DNA of 64,000 nt from Gammaproteobacteria bacterium (GCA_020027215.1 JAHRAO010000038.1:30179-94178), one strand, 5' to 3'. Shown: positions 30,316 through 40,740, counted from the stretch's first letter. Translations and numbers: made by a program. Notes: generated from the sequence alone by a model not told the origin.

Positions 30316-30712
30316 TATACCGCTGCGCCCTTCACTTTTATTGTTGTTATTTATTTATACAATTCATGGTTTAGCGGCTCTTGCCCTCCTCTTTACGCAA
30401 TTGCCTCCTCTGTTGTACTGGATATTCGCTATAGTATTGTGTGCGAGCTTGGCTGGATATTGTTGGAAATGGAGCTGCGCTGGTTACGGTGAACGCATTT
30501 ATTACGCGGACGGAAAATGGAGGGTTGTTTTTGCTGGTGTAGAGAGGAATGCCCATTTAATTCGCGCCCTTCCAGTGAGCGTGCCATTCATCGCTTTGAG
30601 GTTTCGCTGTGCGCAAGAATGGCATCAGCGTACGATGATTGTCTGTAAAGACAGCTGTAACAAACAGCATTTATGGCAACTACGTCATTTATTATTTTAT
30701 GTGCGTTCTTAA
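30308..30712 (+). CDS. ygfX: YgfX/CptA-like inner-membrane protein
   Basis: 134 aa with two TM segments. DGKWRVVF and HLWQLRHL align with E. coli YgfX (CptA). Overlaps the sdhE stop. Confidence 0.65.
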   Translation: MIDIPLRPSLLLLLFIYTIHGLAALALLFTQLPPLLYWIFAIVLCASLAGYCWKWSCAGYGERIYYADGKWRVVFAGVERNAHLIRALPVSVPFIALRFRCAQEWHQRTMIVCKDSCNKQHLWQLRHLLFYVRS

Positions 30713-30735
30713 TTTTGATACAATGACGACATAAT

Positions 30736-31185
30736 ATGAGAGAGAAAGTACAAATTGTCGCCATCCAAAAAAATCAGCTCATTGTGACCACAATTCAAGC
30801 CACTTCGTGTGCGGGCTGTGCGACAAGTTGTGGGCAGAGCATCGTGCAACAATGGCTCGCGCGCCATTCCCGCCGTATTGCTATTCCTGTTGCCGATAGC
30901 ACCCTTTTTGATATTGGACAAATTGTTGAAGTGACTTTTCCGTCGCATGCACTACTCAGCGGCGCATTATGGGTATATGTATTGCCATTAGTGGCCGCGC
31001 TTATTATGGCGATTGCTTCACCTGTGCTCGTCCAATGGCCAGAATCTGAAATGATAGCGATCGCGGGCGGCGGAGTGGGGTTTATTATGGCAACGGCAAT
31101 TGTGCGTTATTGGTGCGCTAACCCAATGAATGGGCACGAGAATTGGGAAGTGCAACAGGTAGCTGTGGATACTCCAGAAAAATGA
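30736..31185 (+). CDS. rseC: RseC/MucC family protein (sigma-E positive regulator / SoxR-reducing system component)
   Basis: N-terminal Cys cluster SCAGCATSCG and C-terminal TM segments. It precedes degP, as mucC precedes mucD. Confidence 0.7.
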   Translation: MREKVQIVAIQKNQLIVTTIQATSCAGCATSCGQSIVQQWLARHSRRIAIPVADSTLFDIGQIVEVTFPSHALLSGALWVYVLPLVAALIMAIASPVLVQWPESEMIAIAGGGVGFIMATAIVRYWCANPMNGHENWEVQQVAVDTPEK

Positions 31186-32567
31186 CGATGAAAAAGATTC
31201 TCTCACGTTATAAGGTCATTGCTATTCTGTGGTGGCTCTGTGTCCCTTTGACCGCGTGGGCATTGCCAGATTTCACAGAAATCGTGAAAGAGAATTCGCC
31301 TCCCGTCGTGAAGATCATTACCACATATAGCAATAATAACCGCTCGCCTGAACGATATCTGTTTGGCGAGCGAGATTTGCCGGAAGCGTTCCGTGATTTT
31401 TTTACTCCGCGCCGCTATCGTCAGCAACAAGCGAGCGGTTCGGGCTTTATTATTTCGCAAGATGGTTATATTGTAACCAATTACCACATTGTAGAAAACG
31501 CGGATAAAATTACGGTGCGTCTGTTTGATCAAATGGAATACGTCGCTCAAATGATTGGTACCGATCAAACTTCCGATTTAGCCTTGTTAAAAATTAAGGC
31601 AGATAAAGACCTGCCTCATCTCCAATTGGGGGAGCCCGACGCATTGGAAGTCGGTGAATGGGTTATTGCTATTGGGTCTCCTTTTGGATTAGATTACTCG
31701 GTGGCTGCCGGTATCGTCAGCGCTAAAGGTCGCAGTTTACCGAACGAGCAAAACCAAAATTATGTGCCGTTTATTCAGACCGATGTGGCGATCAACCCCG
31801 GTAATTCAGGTGGTCCTTTATTTAACCTTAAAGGCGAACTTGTCGGAGTCAATTCGCAAATTTATACGCGATCGGGAGGATCAATTGGTTTATCGTTTGC
31901 TATTCCAGTGGAAGTTGTGCGTGATGTTATTGGGCAGTTACGCAGTCACGGTAGTGTGCGTCGTGGGTGGTTAGGCGTAGGTATTCAAGCGGTGAGTAAT
32001 GATTTGGCTGAATCTTTTGGGCTCTCAAAAGCACAAGGCGCATTAGTGACCGAAGTGTTTGACCAGAGTCCAGCCGATTTAGCGGGATTGCGTTCAGGGG
32101 ATATTATTCTCTACTTTAATGGTAAAAAAATTGAACATTCTGGTCAATTACCCCATTTTGTCGGTGCCACTAAACCCGGTGCACGCGTTGGACTTCTCGT
32201 TGTGCGCGATAAGAAAAAAAAGCGTTTCACAACAACCATTGCTAATTTAGATGAGCGCACAACACAGAATGGAACGCAACAAAATCGTCCCGATGAAGAA
32301 ACGGGGGTCGGGTTGGTTGTGGAAAATATTCCCGATGATCGCAGCGGTGCCCGCCATGGTGTGATTGTTCATCGGGTCATTAGCAATAGTGTTGCCGATC
32401 GGTCGGGGTTTATTGTCGGTGATATTATCGTTGAGATCGGTGGTCAGAAAATTCAGCACCGTAAAGATTTTGACCGCTCAGTAGTACGTATTAAAAACCC
32501 GAGTAAGATTCCAGTGAAAATTATCCGTAATCAATCAACACTCTATCTTTCTCTGGTCGTTGAATAA
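31182..32567 (+). CDS. degP: Periplasmic serine endoprotease DegP/DegQ/MucD (HtrA family)
   Basis: Signal peptide, trypsin-like domain with GNSGGPL, and two PDZ domains. ATGA overlap with rseC. Confidence 0.85.
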   Translation: MTMKKILSRYKVIAILWWLCVPLTAWALPDFTEIVKENSPPVVKIITTYSNNNRSPERYLFGERDLPEAFRDFFTPRRYRQQQASGSGFIISQDGYIVTNYHIVENADKITVRLFDQMEYVAQMIGTDQTSDLALLKIKADKDLPHLQLGEPDALEVGEWVIAIGSPFGLDYSVAAGIVSAKGRSLPNEQNQNYVPFIQTDVAINPGNSGGPLFNLKGELVGVNSQIYTRSGGSIGLSFAIPVEVVRDVIGQLRSHGSVRRGWLGVGIQAVSNDLAESFGLSKAQGALVTEVFDQSPADLAGLRSGDIILYFNGKKIEHSGQLPHFVGATKPGARVGLLVVRDKKKKRFTTTIANLDERTTQNGTQQNRPDEETGVGLVVENIPDDRSGARHGVIVHRVISNSVADRSGFIVGDIIVEIGGQKIQHRKDFDRSVVRIKNPSKIPVKIIRNQSTLYLSLVVE

Positions 32568-32625
32568 CCAATTTTTTCTTCGTTGCTTTATTCGTTACTT
32601 GAACAGCTTCAATTGATATGCTTAC

Positions 32626-33600
32626 ATGAATAACCCAGTTTTTCACGGTTATTATGCCGATAAACGGTGGGCAGTGGCTGGGGGTAGTGGCTTTTTGGGT
32701 TCCCACTTGTGTGATGCACTCATTGCGCAAGGAAGTGAAGTCATCGTTCTTGACAACTATTGCACGAGTAAGCCAGCAAATATAGAACACCTGCTGAATC
32801 ATCCCTCCTTTAAGCTGCGCCAATGCGATATTCGCCATCCATTTGCGTTGCCGGAAGTAGATGGTGTCTTTAATTTAGCGTGTCCGGCATCCCCACAACA
32901 GTATCAAAAAGATCCCATTTTCACTTTGATGACTTCGGTACAAGGAACTTTTAACATATTGGAGTGGGTAAAAGAAAAAAATATTCCATTACTCCATACT
33001 TCTACAAGCGAAGTATACGGTATGCCAGTAACTAAAATCCAAGATGAGACCTACTGGGGGAATGTTAATCCAATTGGAATACGCAGTTGTTACGATGAAG
33101 GTAAACGCTGTGCGGAAACTCTTTGCTTTGATTATAGTCGCCACCATGATGTCAATGCAAAAGTTGTGCGCATATTCAATACCTATGGCCCTAAGATGCA
33201 AATTGATGATGGAAGAGTGGTTTCTAATTTTATCGTTCAGGCCATTACCGGACAAGATATCACGGTGTACGGGGACGGAAAGCAAACGCGTTGTTTTTGC
33301 TATGTTGATGATATGATTGATGGGATTATGCGCGCTATGGCAGCCGAGAAGTTTGATGGTCCGGTCAATTTGGGAAATCGGGATGAATATACCATGCTGG
33401 ACTTAGCGCAAGTCATTCTCAATTTAGTGGGCAGTCAGGCGCAGATTCGTTTTGGCCCCTTACCACAAGATGATCCGTTACATCGTCAGCCACATTTATC
33501 GCGCGCCGAGACCCAATTGCATTGGCAACCAACCACTGCGCTCAAAGATGGCTTATTGAAGACCATTAATTACTTTCGTGGTGTATTGCCCTTAAAATAA
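32626..33600 (+). CDS. NAD-dependent epimerase/dehydratase, UDP-glucuronate decarboxylase (UXS)-like
   Basis: GGSGFLGSH Rossmann motif, YDEGKR catalytic Tyr/Lys region. 324 aa, typical of UXS/ArnA C-terminal homologues. Confidence 0.6.
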   Translation: MNNPVFHGYYADKRWAVAGGSGFLGSHLCDALIAQGSEVIVLDNYCTSKPANIEHLLNHPSFKLRQCDIRHPFALPEVDGVFNLACPASPQQYQKDPIFTLMTSVQGTFNILEWVKEKNIPLLHTSTSEVYGMPVTKIQDETYWGNVNPIGIRSCYDEGKRCAETLCFDYSRHHDVNAKVVRIFNTYGPKMQIDDGRVVSNFIVQAITGQDITVYGDGKQTRCFCYVDDMIDGIMRAMAAEKFDGPVNLGNRDEYTMLDLAQVILNLVGSQAQIRFGPLPQDDPLHRQPHLSRAETQLHWQPTTALKDGLLKTINYFRGVLPLK

Positions 33601-33601
33601 G

Positions 33602-34414
33602 ATGAACGCGCACCATGATACGAATACTTCCGATGCCGTGCCTTCTGTGCCAGCAGTCATTAACGGCGCACCACTTGATGAATTGCCGACCGACCTGTAT
33701 ATTCCTCCACAGGCACTGCGGGTCTTTTTGCAACAATTTGAAGGGCCATTGGATCTGTTGCTCTATTTAGTGCGTAAGCGATCGATTGACATTTTATTGG
33801 TGGATATTGTGCAGGTGACCGAACAATATGTCGCTTATGTCAATATGATGGAACAGTTAGCGTGGGATAATGTGGCTAATTATTTATTGATTGCCGCTAC
33901 CTTGATTGAAATTAGATCTCGTGCGTTGCTGCCTCCACCTATTGAAGATACGCCAGTGGATGAATTATCTCCCGAAGAAGATCTGTTGCGTCGTTTGCGC
34001 GCATACCTCCCGTTTAGAGAAGTCGTCAAAGATTTAGATGCTTTGCCACAGATTGGGCGTGATACGTGTATGGTGAGTATTCCATTCGCGCAGGCCGCGC
34101 GTCCCCCCACCATTGCCGTTCATGATTTATCCACCGCCTTGAACAACTTTATCGCCCGTAATGAGGCCGAACAACACTACTTCATCGCCCCCGAAAAGAT
34201 TACTACCGAATCAAAAGTACAATATATTGTTTCTCGTGTACACACGAAACGTAAAGTAGCCCTCATAGATTTATTAGAAGCCCGCGAAGGACGCATGGGA
34301 TTGGTGACGGTTTTTATCGCAATGATGGAGTTAGTGAAACGCACGATTATTTCGCTTGTACAGCAGAAACCTTATGCACCTATTTATTTGCGTGATATCT
34401 CGTCTAAACGATGA
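33602..34414 (+). CDS. scpA: Segregation and condensation protein A
   Basis: FEGPLDLLLYLVRKRSIDILLVDIVQVTEQYVAYV is the ScpA N-terminal motif. Confidence 0.8.
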   Translation: MNAHHDTNTSDAVPSVPAVINGAPLDELPTDLYIPPQALRVFLQQFEGPLDLLLYLVRKRSIDILLVDIVQVTEQYVAYVNMMEQLAWDNVANYLLIAATLIEIRSRALLPPPIEDTPVDELSPEEDLLRRLRAYLPFREVVKDLDALPQIGRDTCMVSIPFAQAARPPTIAVHDLSTALNNFIARNEAEQHYFIAPEKITTESKVQYIVSRVHTKRKVALIDLLEAREGRMGLVTVFIAMMELVKRTIISLVQQKPYAPIYLRDISSKR

Positions 34415-34977
34415 AATTGTCTCAGGTGAAATATATTGTGGAAGGCGCATTGCTTACCGCGCATGAACCATTGCAACTCAATGACTTGAAAAAATTATTT
34501 GAGGTACACGAATGCCCTGCGGCGGCAACCTTAGAAAAAGCCTTGATGGAACTCACCGCGGAAAAAGCATCGCGACCGGTGTTCTTACAACAGGTTGCCA
34601 GTGGCTACCGCTATCAATTACAGCCCGACTTGATGAGTCGCGTGCAACAATTATCGGAAAGTCGTCGCCCAAACCATTCGCAAGCATTTATGGAAACCTT
34701 AGCATTGATTGCCTATCGACAACCGATTACCCGCGGAGAAATAGAGCAAATGCGCGGAGTGACGACAGTGGATCATATTATGCGCACTTTATTAGCGAAC
34801 GAATGGGTACGCATTATGGGGCGAAAAGAAGTGGTCGGGTATCCTGCCCTTTACGGCACCACTAAAAAATTTTTAGACGATTTTAACTTAAAGGATTTAG
34901 CCCATTTGCCTCCTTTACCTGCAATGCCCACAATTGATGAAATGATGAATACGAATCTGTATGGTGATAGTGCGTGA
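34411..34977 (+). CDS. scpB: Segregation and condensation protein B
   Basis: 188-aa ScpB-like protein with tandem winged helices. Overlaps the scpA stop. Confidence 0.75.
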   Translation: MKLSQVKYIVEGALLTAHEPLQLNDLKKLFEVHECPAAATLEKALMELTAEKASRPVFLQQVASGYRYQLQPDLMSRVQQLSESRRPNHSQAFMETLALIAYRQPITRGEIEQMRGVTTVDHIMRTLLANEWVRIMGRKEVVGYPALYGTTKKFLDDFNLKDLAHLPPLPAMPTIDEMMNTNLYGDSA

Positions 34978-35018
34978 ACTCAAAAATATATCCATATATT
35001 GAATAATGTATTGACGCC

Positions 35019-36431
35019 ATGACCACCGAGAGAGATTATGTTTTAGCCCGCCAATGGCGCCCCAAAAATTTTTCTACATTAGTGGGGCAGGAAGAAACAA
35101 AACAAGCATTGATCAATGCATTGACGACAGGACGATTACACCATGCTTACTTATTTAGTGGGACGCGTGGCATTGGTAAAACAACCATTGCCCGTATTTT
35201 AGCAAAGTGCTTTAATTGTGAGCGGGGTGTGAGTGCCACTCCTTGTGATGAATGTGATTGTTGCCGTTCAATCGATGCCGGCACTTGTGTTGATTTAATT
35301 GAAATAGACGCTGCATCGCGCACGAAAGTAGAAGAAACGCGGCAATTGCTCGACAATGTGCCCTACGCACCGACCATTGCCCGCTATAAAATTTATTTAT
35401 TTGATGAAGTGCATATGTTTTCAAAAAATAGCTTTAATGCTTTATTGAAAACATTGGAAGAACCCCCCGCCCATGTCAAATTTATGTTGGCAACCACTGC
35501 ACCCCAACAATTACCCCTTACTATTTTGTCGCGGTGCTTGCAATTTCATCTCAAACACATTGATAAAGAAGTGATCGCTTCACATCTGGCACATATCTTA
35601 GAACAAGAAAAAATAAAATACGAGCACGGGGCACTGCAATTATTAAGCCGTATGGCACAGGGAAGTATGCGCGATGCCCTGAGTTTGACTGACCAAGCAG
35701 CGGCATACTGTGCCGACGATATTCGTGAAACAAGTGTGCGCGCTATGCTGCATACGGTAGACACCACGCTTGTCGTAGAGTTATTGGAAGCGTTAGCGGA
35801 GGGCGATGCGAGTAAAATTGTGCAATTAATTGCGCAATCAGCGGAACAGACACCACACTACCCCGAAATGCTTGGCGAACTATTGGAGCAATTGCATAAC
35901 ATTGTCCTCTGTCACTTTTTACCCGCACCACCGTATGGAGTAGAAGAGGATATAATCGCATTGGCAAAAAAAATAACCCGGGAAGAAGCACATATGTTTT
36001 ATAAAAAAGGAGAGGAGGGATTGCGCAATTTGGCGTGGGCGCCTGATGAACGCACGGGAGTGGAAATGACTTTGTTGAGTATGGTGGTTGGTCAATCATC
36101 CTCGGCACCCGAGGCACAAAATGTGTCTAAAACTGTTCAAAAAAAGGATACACAACCAAAAGATAAGAGCAAGGATGCACATGTCGAACCGCATACCGAT
36201 GCATCGCAATCGAGACTGCGATCGCCAAGTGCCGCTTCCGTTCTCCCAGAAAAAAAACCTTTTCCACGCGCAGAGTTGTCCAATATCAAGCATAATATTC
36301 AGCGTTATGCTCAACAAAGTAATGCGCTCAGTGAAGCATTCGCGACTACGAAAGAAACGGATACTATCCGCCGCCACTTATCTGGCGATGTGGACGCGAC
36401 ATCAATCCGTAAAGTTCCCCCCGCTGACTGA
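35019..36431 (+). CDS. dnaX: DNA polymerase III subunit gamma/tau (short 470-aa form)
   Basis: GTRGIGKTT Walker A, Zn-module CDECDCC, and SRC motif in LSRC. A AAA AAG heptamer at 36140-36146 (see findings). Confidence 0.85.
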   Translation: MTTERDYVLARQWRPKNFSTLVGQEETKQALINALTTGRLHHAYLFSGTRGIGKTTIARILAKCFNCERGVSATPCDECDCCRSIDAGTCVDLIEIDAASRTKVEETRQLLDNVPYAPTIARYKIYLFDEVHMFSKNSFNALLKTLEEPPAHVKFMLATTAPQQLPLTILSRCLQFHLKHIDKEVIASHLAHILEQEKIKYEHGALQLLSRMAQGSMRDALSLTDQAAAYCADDIRETSVRAMLHTVDTTLVVELLEALAEGDASKIVQLIAQSAEQTPHYPEMLGELLEQLHNIVLCHFLPAPPYGVEEDIIALAKKITREEAHMFYKKGEEGLRNLAWAPDERTGVEMTLLSMVVGQSSSAPEAQNVSKTVQKKDTQPKDKSKDAHVEPHTDASQSRLRSPSAASVLPEKKPFPRAELSNIKHNIQRYAQQSNALSEAFATTKETDTIRRHLSGDVDATSIRKVPPAD

Positions 36432-36440
36432 TTATTGATT

Positions 36441-37043
36441 ATGTCTTTCAGTCCATTGTTGACCGAACTGATCAATGCATTGCAGTTAATGCCTGGAATC
36501 GGTCAGCGTTCTGCTCAGCGCATTACCTTTAGTTTACTCAATAAAAACCGCGCCAATGCGCAAAAAATAGTTGCTTGTTTAGACGCCGCCGTGTCGCGCA
36601 TGAGGCATTGTCAATATTGCCGTATGCTGAGCGAACAACCGATATGTGCTATTTGCCAAGATGCCCGGCGCGATCGTTCTTGTTTGTGTGTCGTAGAGAC
36701 GGCTATAGACGTGTTGACACTAGAAAAAGGAGCAATTTTTCGCGGACGTTATTTTGTATTAGGTGGGCACTTATCGCCTATAGACGGCATAGGCCCGAGT
36801 GATATAGGCATAGATCAGTTACTACAACGTGTAGAGTCAGAAGAACAAATTAAAGAAATCATTTTAGCGACGAACTCAACTGTAGAAGGTGAGGCGACCA
36901 CCCACTATTTGACTAATCAACTGAAATTGCACAATGTACGCATTTCACGTATCGCTTATGGCGTGCCGTTAGGTGGTGAATTGGAGTATATGGATGATGG
37001 CACCTTACTCCATGCTTTTGAAAGCCGCCAAGAAATGAAGTAA
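36441..37043 (+). CDS. recR: Recombination protein RecR
   Basis: C4 zinc finger CQYCRMLSEQPICAICQD and a Toprim domain. ATG at 36441. Confidence 0.85.
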   Translation: MSFSPLLTELINALQLMPGIGQRSAQRITFSLLNKNRANAQKIVACLDAAVSRMRHCQYCRMLSEQPICAICQDARRDRSCLCVVETAIDVLTLEKGAIFRGRYFVLGGHLSPIDGIGPSDIGIDQLLQRVESEEQIKEIILATNSTVEGEATTHYLTNQLKLHNVRISRIAYGVPLGGELEYMDDGTLLHAFESRQEMK

Positions 37044-37053
37044 TTGATTGACG

Positions 37054-38154
37054 ATGCGTATTGCCGATATTATTGATACGCCACTCGCTTTACAGCAGGC
37101 GTGTCACGAATGGCAACACGAATCTATTTTTGCTATGGATACAGAATTTATCCGCCGCAATACTTATTATTCTATTTTTTCTTTACTCCAAATACGCGTC
37201 AATAACACTATTTATATAGTGGATCTTACGCGGCTCAAAGATTTTACTCCATTACACCAGTTATGCATACACCATTCATCCTTATTGATTATGCACGCGT
37301 GCCGTGAAGATTTGCATCTCTTCCATAACCATTTAGGCGCGATACCCCAGAAATTATTTGATACCCAAATAGGGGCAGCGTTTTTAGGACAAGGCGCACA
37401 TGTGAGCTATCGCGATTTAGTGCGCACGTTAGCGGGCATTGAATTAGAAAAATCACAAACATTATCTAATTGGTTACAGCGCCCGCTCACCGCAAAGCAA
37501 CGTCAGTATGTTGTGGATGATGTCCGTTATTTGCATGATATTTATGAAAGACAGTGTGAGGTATTAAAAGAGAAGGGACGTTTACTATGGTGCTATGAAG
37601 AGTATGCGCGCTTGAGGGAATTAGTGCAGTCACGGGATAAAAAGTGGCTATATAATAAAATAAGACGCTATCGAATGGATGAACAATCATTAGTGATTCT
37701 GTCCCGCTTGTATTTATGGCGAGAGCAGAAAGCACAAAAACGCAATATGCCTCGGCAATGGGTGTTAAGTGATCAAGCACTGGCTACAATTGCGCGAGAA
37801 AAACCTGCTACCCGTGCGACTCTGATGAGCAAAGTATGTCGTATTAAATCAAGTTATAGTCATGAATTATTGGATTTAGTGCACCGTGAGATCAGCCAAC
37901 AAGAACAAGCGACCTTATGGCAAATTATCCCCCTCTCGGAGCGCAGTATGGAAATACTTGAAAAAATGTTCCAAAAAGTCAAAGTTCTTGCCTCAATAAT
38001 GGATATATCCCCCCATTTACTGGCTTCACGTCATGATTGTGAATGGCTATTGCGTCTGTATGGTGCAGGTCAACATCAGGAAATCAACAACCACTTACGC
38101 GGTTGGCGTTATGATACCCTCCATGAACCGTTCTGGAGTTTAATGAGTGCTTAA
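37054..38154 (+). CDS. rnd: Ribonuclease D
   Basis: DEDDy 3'-5' exonuclease domain (FAMDTEF...) plus a C-terminal HRDC region. Start taken at the ATG at 37054. Confidence 0.75.
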   Translation: MRIADIIDTPLALQQACHEWQHESIFAMDTEFIRRNTYYSIFSLLQIRVNNTIYIVDLTRLKDFTPLHQLCIHHSSLLIMHACREDLHLFHNHLGAIPQKLFDTQIGAAFLGQGAHVSYRDLVRTLAGIELEKSQTLSNWLQRPLTAKQRQYVVDDVRYLHDIYERQCEVLKEKGRLLWCYEEYARLRELVQSRDKKWLYNKIRRYRMDEQSLVILSRLYLWREQKAQKRNMPRQWVLSDQALATIAREKPATRATLMSKVCRIKSSYSHELLDLVHREISQQEQATLWQIIPLSERSMEILEKMFQKVKVLASIMDISPHLLASRHDCEWLLRLYGAGQHQEINNHLRGWRYDTLHEPFWSLMSA

Positions 38155-38498
38155 TGTCTTTTGTTGAATATACAATTGCTTGGATAGCGTATATTATCGC
38201 TGCGATTTTATTGATTGGTTTATTGAAATACACAATTCGCAATTGGCAATACCGATTTATTAAAAACATGCTCAATTTGATTTTTGCGATGGTTATACTC
38301 GTTCCCTGTCCAACTGATTCGACGTATGACTTACTGACTCCCGCAATTATAGTGATAGGCTTGTATTTTATCGGTATGGTTGATCCGAATTTATTTACTT
38401 TGGCAATTGTCATAGCTCTATTTGCCACTTTGTTTGCCTTTATTTGTGCGATCATTGCATCATTACTCGGACGCAAAAATAAAACTCGTTTTACTTGA
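38154..38498 (+). CDS. Hypothetical small inner-membrane protein (three predicted TM segments)
   Basis: Start overlaps the rnd stop (ATGA). Hydrophobic 114 aa with no recognisable motif. Confidence 0.4.
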   Translation: MSFVEYTIAWIAYIIAAILLIGLLKYTIRNWQYRFIKNMLNLIFAMVILVPCPTDSTYDLLTPAIIVIGLYFIGMVDPNLFTLAIVIALFATLFAFICAIIASLLGRKNKTRFT

Positions 38499-38549
38499 TG
38501 ACGACTGTTGAGGCGGATACCTCAGCTGTGGCTGAAGTCGCATAACAAT

Positions 38550-39857
38550 ATGGCGCATCGTTTCATCTACAATGTATTGCTCGCTACGACGGTTCCTATA
38601 TGGTGTATATATGCATTAATCAGTAAGCGCAATAATGTGCGTTATCGCAACCGCTGGAGAGAGAAATTTGGACGCACGACTTCTCCGCGGCATAGCGATA
38701 AAAAACAAATATGGGTGCATGCCAATTCGGTGGGGGAGGTCAATGCAGCGATACCTCTGATTAAACGTTTACTGACACAGTATCCTTTATACGATCTGTT
38801 ATTAACCACGCAGACCGTGACTGGGGCAGAGTTTGCCCACAATATATTTGGTGATCGCGTGCGGCATCAATACTGCCCTTTTGATATTCCTCAATACATT
38901 AAACGTTTCTTTCGGCATGAAAATCCCGCTCTTGCATTGGTAATAGAAAGGGAATGGTGGCCAAATCTATTGTCTTTTTGTCATAGAATCCATATACCGA
39001 TCGTTTTATGTAATGCGCGTTTATCAGCGCGCTCTGCCGCTCATTATGGCAAAGTACTGTCGTTTATACGTCCTATTTTTGAAGGCACTGTTTTTGTGGG
39101 CGCGCAAAGTGAACTGGATGCGCACAATATCGTTAGCATAGGTGCATCTCCAGCGCAAGTGCATATTACGGGTAATTTGAAATTTGATATATCCTTTCAG
39201 GATTATGCGTTGCCGGCACGTTCATTGAGGCAATCCTTATTTGAAGGGCGCAAAATATTTATCGCTGCAAGTACACATGCTCATGAAGAAGAACAAATTC
39301 TCGATGCTTTTGCTATTATCCGCCAAACTATTCCCACCACTGCATTGATCCTTGTCCCGCGCCATCCCGAACGAAGCGATCAAGTCGCCAGGCTCTGCCA
39401 TCAAAAGGGGTATAATACTGTGCGCCGTTCAAGTGGGGACATTTCCCCAAACTGTGATGTGTATATTGGCGATACGATGGGTGATTTGCTCATGTTATAT
39501 ACCGCAAGTGATGTCGTTTTTGTTGGCGGTAGCCTCGTCGCACAAGGGGGACATAATGTTATTGAGCCTGCAGCATGTGGTATCCCAATCATCGTAGGTC
39601 CTCATACCCATAACTTTAAGTGGATTATTGATAATTTATTGCAAACAGGGCATATTGTGGTCGTGCAAAATGCCGAAGAATTAGCTACCCATGTGACGCT
39701 TCATTTACAGGATGACGCATTGTGTGAACGGATAGCCCGTAAAAATCATCAATGGATTGATCAACATCGTGGTGCATTGAATAAAACTATGGATTTAATT
39801 GACAGTGCGCTGAGTGAGCACCATCATAGGGATGGTGAACAAGTTAAAGTAGAATAA
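38550..39857 (+). CDS. waaA: 3-deoxy-D-manno-octulosonic acid (Kdo) transferase
   Basis: HANSVGEVNAAIPLIKRL, WPNLL and NARLSARSA align with E. coli WaaA/KdtA. ATG at 38550; the table start at 38508 is a TTG. Confidence 0.85.
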   Translation: MAHRFIYNVLLATTVPIWCIYALISKRNNVRYRNRWREKFGRTTSPRHSDKKQIWVHANSVGEVNAAIPLIKRLLTQYPLYDLLLTTQTVTGAEFAHNIFGDRVRHQYCPFDIPQYIKRFFRHENPALALVIEREWWPNLLSFCHRIHIPIVLCNARLSARSAAHYGKVLSFIRPIFEGTVFVGAQSELDAHNIVSIGASPAQVHITGNLKFDISFQDYALPARSLRQSLFEGRKIFIAASTHAHEEEQILDAFAIIRQTIPTTALILVPRHPERSDQVARLCHQKGYNTVRRSSGDISPNCDVYIGDTMGDLLMLYTASDVVFVGGSLVAQGGHNVIEPAACGIPIIVGPHTHNFKWIIDNLLQTGHIVVVQNAEELATHVTLHLQDDALCERIARKNHQWIDQHRGALNKTMDLIDSALSEHHHRDGEQVKVE

Positions 39858-39861
39858 ATCC

Positions 39862-40083
39862 ATGGCGATGCGCGGCAAAAAACAAATCATTACGACAAGT
39901 AAAGGGATATTATGGATAGCCCGCTGTTGGGAATATGGAAAACAATCCATAAAGCACCATCCAATATTTTACGAGATCGTATTGGTATTGGCGATTAAAA
40001 TTGGTGCAATTTATATTTTATATGTGCTCTTTTTTTCGCCTGAACACCAACCCGTTGTGCATATAAAAGACCTCTTTCGCTAA
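39862..40083 (+). CDS. Hypothetical small membrane protein
   Basis: 73 aa, one TM (IVLVLAIKIGAIYILYVLFF). It sits where coaD usually follows waaA. Weak evidence. Confidence 0.25.
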   Translation: MAMRGKKQIITTSKGILWIARCWEYGKQSIKHHPIFYEIVLVLAIKIGAIYILYVLFFSPEHQPVVHIKDLFR

Positions 40084-40266
40084 ATGTATCTCCAATACAG
40101 TTGATTATCGTAATCCATCCGACTTGTTCTTCAATAATGCGAAGAATAGGAAGAGATGTTTCCCCTTATAGGGCAATGGGCACATAAAGTACAGAAGTCT
40201 CTAAAGTAATTGAAAATAGCTGTAAAATCGGTTAAAATCAGTCAAATATCATTTTCAAGTGCTCGA

Positions 40267-40713
40267 ATGACTACGATTTTAATACTCAATGGCCCTAACT
40301 TAAACTTGCTCGGTACACGAGAGCCAGCAACTTATGGCACCGAGACTCTGACGGATATCAATCGGCGTTTAGAAAAGATGGCCATGTCTGCGGGCTGTGC
40401 ATTGCAGTGCACACAAAGTAATGCAGAGCATATACTCATTGAGCGTATTCATCAGGCACAAGTGGATGAAGTTGCTTTTATCATCTTTAACCCAGCCGCT
40501 TTCACTCATACGAGCATTGCTTTACGAGATGCTTTATTGGCAGTGGATATTCCTTTTATTGAGATCCATTTGTCCAATATTTATGCCCGTGAAACATATC
40601 GCCAGCGATCATACTTTTCTGATATTGCGCAAGCGGTAATCAGCGGAATGGGGCACTACACTTATGAGTTGGCAATAAAAGCGGCATTGTACTCTCTCGG
40701 TACACGCCCTTGA
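40267..40713 (+). CDS. aroQ: 3-dehydroquinate dehydratase, type II
   Basis: [26 protein letters not shown]. It sits upstream of accBC, the conserved aroQ-accB-accC arrangement. Confidence 0.85.
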   Translation: MTTILILNGPNLNLLGTREPATYGTETLTDINRRLEKMAMSAGCALQCTQSNAEHILIERIHQAQVDEVAFIIFNPAAFTHTSIALRDALLAVDIPFIEIHLSNIYARETYRQRSYFSDIAQAVISGMGHYTYELAIKAALYSLGTRP

Positions 40714-40740
40714 TTATTCGCAGTAGGAGGTGGACTTAGA

